13,832 bases of DNA from Octopus sinensis (Eukaryota): positions 1-13,832 of the forward strand of contig NW_021826012.1 in the NCBI RefSeq assembly GCF_006345805.1, given 5' to 3'. A program made the position numbers and the translations under genes. Of the stretch, positions 8,317 through 13,832 are shown one piece after another. Positions within the stretch are counted from its first letter, which is position 1. The number at the start of each line of letters is the position of its first letter. The notes beneath the pieces were generated by a model that searched no databases, had not been told where the DNA came from, and saw only the letters and a list, made by a program, of their open reading frames with translations.

Positions 8317-9643
8317 GAAAGGCTGCGAGCTGGCAGAAACGTTAGCACGCCGGGCGAAATGCGTATCCGTAATTTCGTCTGCCGTTACGTTGTGAGTTCA
8401 AATTCCGCCGAGGTCGACTTTGCCTTTCATCCTTTCGGGGTCAATTAAATAAGTACCAGTTACGCACTGGGGTCGATATAATCGACCTTAATCCGTTTGT
8501 CTGTCCTTGTTTGTCCCCTCTGTGTTTAGCCCCTTGTGGGTAGTAAAGAAATAGGTATTTCGTGTGTCTTTACGTTCTGAGTTCAAATTCCGCCGAGGTC
8601 GAATTTGCCTTTCATCCTTTCGGGGTCGATTAAATAAGTACCAGTTACGCACTGAGGTCGATATATTCGACCTTAATCCGTTTGTCTGTCCCCTCTGTGT
8701 TTAGCCCCTTGTGGGTAGTAAAGAAATAAGTATTTCGTCTGCCGCTACTTTCTGAGTTCAAATTCCGCCAAGGTCGACTTTGTCTTTCATCCTTTCGGCG
8801 TCGATTAAATAAGTACCAGTTACGCACTGGGGTCGATATAATCGACCTTAATCCGTTTGTCTGTCCTTGTTTGTCCCCTCTGTGTTTAGCCCCTTGTGGG
8901 TAGTAAAGAAATAGGTATTTCGTGTGTCTTTACGTTCTGAGTTCAAATTCCGCCAAGGTCGACTTTGTCTTTCATCCTTTCGGGCTCCATTAAATAAGTC
9001 CCAGTTACGCACTGGTGTCGATATAATCGACCTTAATCCGTTTGTCTGTCCTTGTTTGTCCCTTCTGTGTTTAGCCCCTTGTGGGTAGTAAAAAAATAGG
9101 TATTATGTCTGCCGCTACGTTCTGATTTCAAATTCCGCCGAGGTCGACTTTGCCTTTCATCCTTTCGGGTTCAATAAATTAAGTACCAGTTACGCACTGG
9201 GGTCGATATAATCGACCTTAATCCGTTTGTCTGTCCTTGTTTGTCCCCTCTGTGTTTAGCCCCTTGTGGGTAGTAAAGAAATAAGTATTTCGTGTGTCTT
9301 TATGTTCTGAGTTCAAATTCTGCCAAGGTCGAATTTGCCTTTCATCCTTTCGGGCTCGATTAAATAAGTACCAGTTACGCACTGGGGTCGATATAATCGA
9401 CCTTAATCCGTTTGTCTGTCCTTGTTTGTCCCCTCTGTGTTTAGCCCCTTGTGGGTAGTAAAGAAATAGGTATTTCGTGTGTCTTTACGTTCTGATTTCA
9501 AATTCCGCCAAGGTCGACTTTGCCTTTCATCCTTTCGGGGTCGATTAAATAAGTACCAGTTACGCACTGAGGTCGATATATTCGACCTTAATCCGTCTGT
9601 CTGTCCCCTCTGTGTTTAGCCCCTTGTGGGTAGTAAAGAAATA
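8317..9643 (+). mobile_element. SINE family B multimer: one tRNA-like head plus 7 tandem 175-185 bp units inside a single 12-bp TSD
   Basis: A-box TGGCAGAAACGTTAGC occurs once. B-box GAKTTCAAATTC occurs at 8394, 8579, 8754, 8939, 9124, 9309 and 9494. GATATTCCCAGT lies at 8305-8316 and 9644-9655. The central GTCGACTTTGCCTTTCATCCTTTCGGGGTCGATTAAATAAGTACCAG resembles, from memory, the MetaSINE core (not verified). Confidence 0.92.
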
Positions 9644-10040
9644 GATATTCCCAGTCATATCAAGCGACTGCATACCTACTTTTGCCCGCACCTGTATCTT
9701 TTGTGCACTTCGGCTCTTATCGGAGTAATTGAATCGTTATCGTGAACTGTCGTTTGCAAACGGTGTCAACGGTATTATTTACTCGTGTTACTCACGTCGA
9801 TATCCGTTAAGTAGCAACTTCAGGAGGGAAATACCTCGGTTGTGTTAAAGTGTGAAATTGCATTTCGTTCCGTCGTAATAATGCCACTCTACTTTTTGTT
9901 ACTTACTGCGCGAGCAATAATAGTTTCACATAGTGTTGCTGGGTTTTCCCCCATTCGTTGCTATTGTTGTTCTTGTTGTTGTTGTTGTGTGTGTGTGCGT
10001 GCTTGCTTTATTGGTGCAGTTCATGTTTTTTTTAATTTTT

Positions 10041-10280
10041 TTTTTTTACTTGTTTCAATCATTTGACTGCGGCCATGCTGGAGCACCGTCTTTAATCGAG
10101 CAACTCGACCCCGGGACTTATTCTTTTTGGAAGCCCAGTACTTATTCTATAGGTCGTCTCTTTTGCCGAACCGCTTAGTGACGGGGACATAAACACACCA
10201 GCATCGGTTGTCAAGCAGTGCTAGGGGGACAAACACAGGCACACAAATATACACGCATATATATATATATATATAATATA

Positions 10281-10319
<39 letters not shown>

Positions 10320-10483
10320 TACGACAGGCTTCTTTCAGTTTTCGTCTACCAAATCCACTCACAAGGCATTGGTCGGCCCGGGCTATAGCAGAAGACACTT
10401 GCCCAAGATGCCACGCAGTGGACTGAACCCGGAACCATGTGGTTGGTTAGCAAGCTACTTACCACACAGCCACTCCCGCGCCT
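10041..10483 (-). mobile_element. Full-length SINE family A with internal (TA)n
   Basis: The head begins at 10483 on the minus strand, followed by the CORE-like motif, the microsatellite (~10255-10320) and a tail ending in GCAGTCAAATGATTGAAACAAGTAAAA. No clear TSD. Confidence 0.9.
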
Positions 10484-10653
10484 AATTATGTTATTAAATA
10501 ATTTCTGTTACGTTGTGGAATTATTTGTATGTAGGATTAGATATGATATATAATTTGAGTCATACAGCTTGTAAATAATTATAGTGTAATCATAGTCAAA
10601 TTGTCGTTTTAAAGCAATTATAAGCACATACACACTCACACATATACACACAC

Positions 10654-10735
10654 GTATGTATGTATGTATGTATGTATGTATGTATGTATGTTATGTATGA
10701 TGTATGTATGTATGTATGTATGTATGTATGTATGT
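10654..10735 (+). repeat. (TATG)n microsatellite
   Basis: Directly visible. Confidence 0.95.
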
Positions 10736-10756
10736 GTATAATATCACACACCCCAT

Positions 10757-11278
10757 GCTTACGGCCATATCATGTTGAAAGCACCGGTTCTCGTCCGATT
10801 GTGGAGGCGCAATGGCCCAGTGGTAAGGGCAGCGGACTCGCGGTCATAGGATCGCGGTTTCGATTCCCAGACCGGGCGTTGTGAGTGTTTATTGTGCGAA
10901 AACACCTAAAGCTCCACGAGGCTCCGGCAGGGGATGGTGGTGATCCCTGCTGTACTCTTTCACCACAACTTTCTCTCACTCTTACTTCCTGTTTCTGTTT
11001 TTACCTGTATTTCAAAGGGCCGGCCTTGTCACTCTCTGTGTCACGCTGAATATCCCCGAGAACTACGTTAAGGGTACACGTGTCTGTGGAGTGCTCAGCC
11101 ACTTACACGTTAATTTCACGAGCAGGCTGTTCCGTTGATTCGGATCAACAGGAACCCTCGTCGTCGTAACCGACGGAGTGCTTCCTTCCCCTCTCGTCCG
11201 ATCACCGAAGTTAAGCAACGTCGAGCCTAGTGAGTACTTAGATGGGTGACCGCTTGGGAAACCTAGGTGCTGTAAACA
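10757..11278 (+). pseudogene. 5S rRNA pseudogene split by a SINE (nt 1-43 at 10757-10799; nt 44-119 at 11203-11278)
   Basis: The joined sequence GCTTACGGCCATATCATGTTGAAAGCACCGGTTCTCGTCCGAT|CACCGAAGTTAAGCAACGTCGAGCCTAGTGAGTACTTAGATGGGTGACCGCTTGGGAAACCTAGGTGCTGTAAACA is a 119-nt mollusc-type 5S. Helix I pairs except for one C-A mismatch. No T4 terminator follows directly. Confidence 0.93.
10800..11191 (+). mobile_element. SINE family C (tRNA-Arg-like head), 392 bp, with 11-bp TSD
   Basis: Head GGAGGCGCAATGGCCCAGTGGTAAGGGCAGCGGACTCGCGGTCATAGGATCGCGGTTTCGATTCCC has A and B boxes. TSD TCTCGTCCGAT lies at 10789-10799 and 11192-11202. It is possibly one of the octopus OK/OR1/OR2 families; the assignment is not verified. 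Confidence 0.88.
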
Positions 11279-11297
11279 CCTCACACTTTGTCGTTTA

Positions 11298-11369
11298 GGC
11301 TGTTTAGCATAATGTAAAGCACTTGACGTATAATCACAGGGATCTGAGTTCGAGTCACATGGCTGGTCG
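11298..11369 (+). pseudogene. Degenerate tRNA-like sequence (anticodon loop CG-TAT-AA; Ile/Arg identity ambiguous)
   Basis: 72 nt long. A-box TAGCATAATG (11305-11314) fits TRGCNNARYG. The D-stem GCAT/AAGC, anticodon stem CTTGA/TCACA and acceptor stem are all partially paired. T-loop GAGTTCGAGTC. TTTTT follows at 11378-11382. Confidence 0.5.
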
Positions 11370-11386
11370 ATGACAGATTTTTCTAT

Positions 11387-11794
11387 AAGGCGCCGAGCTG
11401 GCAGAAACGTTAGCACGCCGGGCGAAATGCTTAGCGGTATTTCGTCTGCCGTTACGTTCCGAGTTCAAATTCCGCCGAGGTCGACTTTGCCTTTTATCCT
11501 TTCAGCGTCGATAAATTAAGTACCAGTTACGTACTGGAGCCGATGTAATCGACTTAACCCCGTTGTCTGTCCTTGTTTGTCCCCTCTATTTAGCCCCTTG
11601 TGGGTAGTAGGATAGTATGGAAATGGTATTTCGCCTGTCTTTACGTTCTAAATTCAAATTCTGCAGAGGTCGACTTGGCCTTTTATCCTCTCGGGGGTCA
11701 ATAAATTAAGTATCAGTTGTGTACTGGGGTCGATCTAATCGACTGTCCCCCTCCCCAAAACTTTCGGGCATTGTGCCTAGAGTAGAAAAGAATA
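11387..11794 (+). mobile_element. SINE family B composite: young-type unit followed by a headless older-type unit with a different tail
   Basis: Head AAGGCGCCGAGCTGGCAGAAACG, then unit 1 ending CCCCTTGTGGGTAGTAG, junction GAAATGGTATTTCG, and unit 2 ending CTGTCCCCCTCCCC...GTGCCTAGAGTAGAAAAGAATA. Confidence 0.85.
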
Positions 11795-12013
11795 TCACAC
11801 ACGCCATCCCCACAGGAGCACCACATTAATAATACACATTTTCCCCACCTCAAGATAGCTCTTACAGGCTTCACAGCATACTCAACCAAGAGACATACCT
11901 CCTAACCTAATCCTCTGGCCCTTTTTCGCTTCACCACCTTTTCCACAGCAGCCGCTGACCGGTTGTGCTAATCCACCTCCGACAATAGAGAGTAGTCGCC
12001 ATATTCCCTACCA

Positions 12014-12115
12014 TATCGGCTAACTCTGATGAGCATAAAGTTATATAATCGGATTGTTACCTAACATTGCATTGTATTATTTACGCGAATCCGATTGGTA
12101 AGCTCAGCCTTGATG
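12014..12115 (+). ncRNA. Type I hammerhead ribozyme-like fold with A15.1>U core change
   Basis: Stem I GGCTAACT/AGCTCAGCC; CTGATGA at 12026-12032; stem II GCATAAA/TTTACGC plus a long extension; GAA at 12087-12089; T12090; stem III CC-GATT-GG; GTA triplet ending at 12100. Confidence 0.6.
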
Positions 12116-12208
12116 ACTATCTAATAAAACTATACATTACGGGTAATATAACCACTCTACTGACAGATACACGAGTGCATCCTTTCCTTGACTTAAAATC
12201 TCTTAGAC

Positions 12209-12275
12209 CAGTGCTTCTCAAACTATCTGATGTGACGTACTGGTAGTTTTTTTCCAATGTGCCAGAAACCGACAA
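12209..12275 (+). mobile_element. Possible hAT-type (Charlie-like) terminal fragment
   Basis: CAGTGCTTCTCAAACT (12209-12224) resembles the CAGTGGTTCTCAAAC TIR start of many hAT MITEs. The partner TIR is not found in the window. Confidence 0.4.
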
Positions 12276-12288
12276 TATTTCTTAGTAA

Positions 12289-12310
12289 TCTCTATATATA
12301 AACGGCAAAA

Positions 12311-12351
<41 letters not shown>

Positions 12352-12600
12352 GTGTGTGTGTGTGTGAGTGTCCTTTATACAAATCCACAATTTTTCAGTT
12401 AGAGTGCTCGCACTTTCTATGATCATTCAAAACCGTCCAAGGGTGGTCGTGCACATCTTTACATTTCCCCAGTCACCCCGCAAAGCTGTTAAAAAATCAA
12501 TAGAAGTGACTTTTTTGAGAATTTTCTTTCCAAAACCCAATCAAAATGTCCGAAACTTGATACGCCAATTGATGGCCACGGTTTGATCAAATCTCGGCTT
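12289..12600 (+). mobile_element. Possible non-autonomous Helitron-like 5' fragment with (GT)n
   Basis: A|TCTCTATATATAAACGGC start followed by GTCTGTGTG(n)TCC, a layout typical of animal non-autonomous Helitrons. No 3' hairpin or CTAG end identified, and the right boundary is approximate. Confidence 0.4.
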
Positions 12601-12952
12601 CATCAGAAATAATAACGACAACAACAACAACAACGGATGACTCGGTTTACGATTGTTCAGTCGACACTGTCAGGATTCGAACTAAGAAACGAAAGACAAC
12701 AGCATAATAAACATAACCTCTCTGCTCCTACATCAACACCAACATGTCTCACCAGATTTGAATAATGGCGGTTGCTTTTACGAAAGTTGCCGCTCTTGAT
12801 GGCGATGGTAGCAACGATCGTCATTTTGTGGCTACGGTAGCGGCAGTCGAGGCGGTAATGGTGATGGTGGTGGTTCCGAAAGCTGGGAATGAGAAGCCTC
12901 AGTAATTACAGTTCTGTTGCGCTGCCAATTTTCCCCGCTGTCGGAATACATT

Positions 12953-13021
12953 CTGCCCAGCATGCAATAGTATTTATTCCGTCCCAGCATGCAAGAGCGT
13001 TTCACCTTTCCCAGCATGCAA
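12953..13021. promoter_or_regulatory. Three ZNF143/Staf-like motifs (CCCAGCATGCAA) at 27-bp period
   Basis: An identical 12-mer at 12956, 12983 and 13010 with unrelated 15-nt spacers matches the core of the Staf/ZNF143 site (YYWCCCRNMATSCM). Confidence 0.55.
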
Positions 13022-13123
13022 TGCTATTCCAATTTCGCGTGAGCTGTGAACTGTATTGAGACAATAGATGTGAGGAGACAAGAAGGAAGTGAGTAAAGAT
13101 TTACGACAAAATAACACAGACAA

Positions 13124-13602
<479 letters not shown>

Positions 13603-13832
13603 GAAATGGAATAAGATAAAAATTGAGCATGAAGATGTCAGGTGCGGTGATAGTAGTGTAATTGTGATCTATTGGTAAGACGAGCGCAAGTTAAAGTGAA
13701 GACGTTACACAGGTGAGAACAATAAAGACAGGGACAGTTTTTGTTGTTTGTTTTTTAAACAAATAATCAGAATTTATTTCAGTTTAATCTGGAGTTTACT
13801 CGATCATAAATCACTAGATTAACGCTCACCAT

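Noticed and set aside
9660-9960. Possible exon in the CpG-rich unique stretch, with 12-bp palindrome CGTTTGCAAACG at 9751-9762
   Set aside because: No convincing frame with paired splice sites, and a single 12-bp palindrome is not unexpected by chance.
12765-12905. 46-aa plus-strand ORF (MAVAFTKV...)
   Set aside because: Short, with no recognisable homology. The ATGGCG is equally explained as a YY1-like motif.
12956-13021. CRISPR-like repeat-spacer pattern
   Set aside because: The 12-bp repeats and 15-nt spacers are too short, there are only three copies, the context is eukaryotic and there are no cas genes. A transcription-factor site cluster explains it better.
13700-13832. Splice-like signals near the window end (CAG|GTGAGA on plus; ATG|GTGAG on minus)
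   Set aside because: Isolated motifs at the window edge that cannot be assembled into an exon from this sequence alone.

Overview
Repeat-dense, non-coding eukaryotic DNA, most likely from a coleoid cephalopod (Octopus-like). This inference rests on the mollusc-type 5S rRNA sequence, the tRNA-headed SINE families and the extreme microsatellite load. No intact protein-coding gene is supportable, and nearly all listed ORFs are microsatellite read-throughs. The window holds: a decayed RT+RLE (R4-like) non-LTR retrotransposon interrupted by two insertions; three tRNA-derived SINE families (called A, B, C here); a TIR MITE; Helitron- and hAT-like ends; and a 5S rRNA pseudogene split by a SINE with an 11-bp TSD and followed by a tRNA-like sequence. 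The most interesting signals are: (i) a 1.66-kb array with 8 copies of a hammerhead-ribozyme-like motif (CUGUAGA-A-GAGC-gtag-GCTC-GAA-ACGU-A, a variant core with a palindromic stem III), resembling a retrozyme or Penelope-derived satellite; (ii) a separate near-complete type I hammerhead fold at 12014-12115; (iii) SINE-B multimers (one head plus repeated B-box units) joined at a recurring fold-back junction; (iv) three ZNF143/Staf-like motifs at exact 27-bp spacing near the window end.
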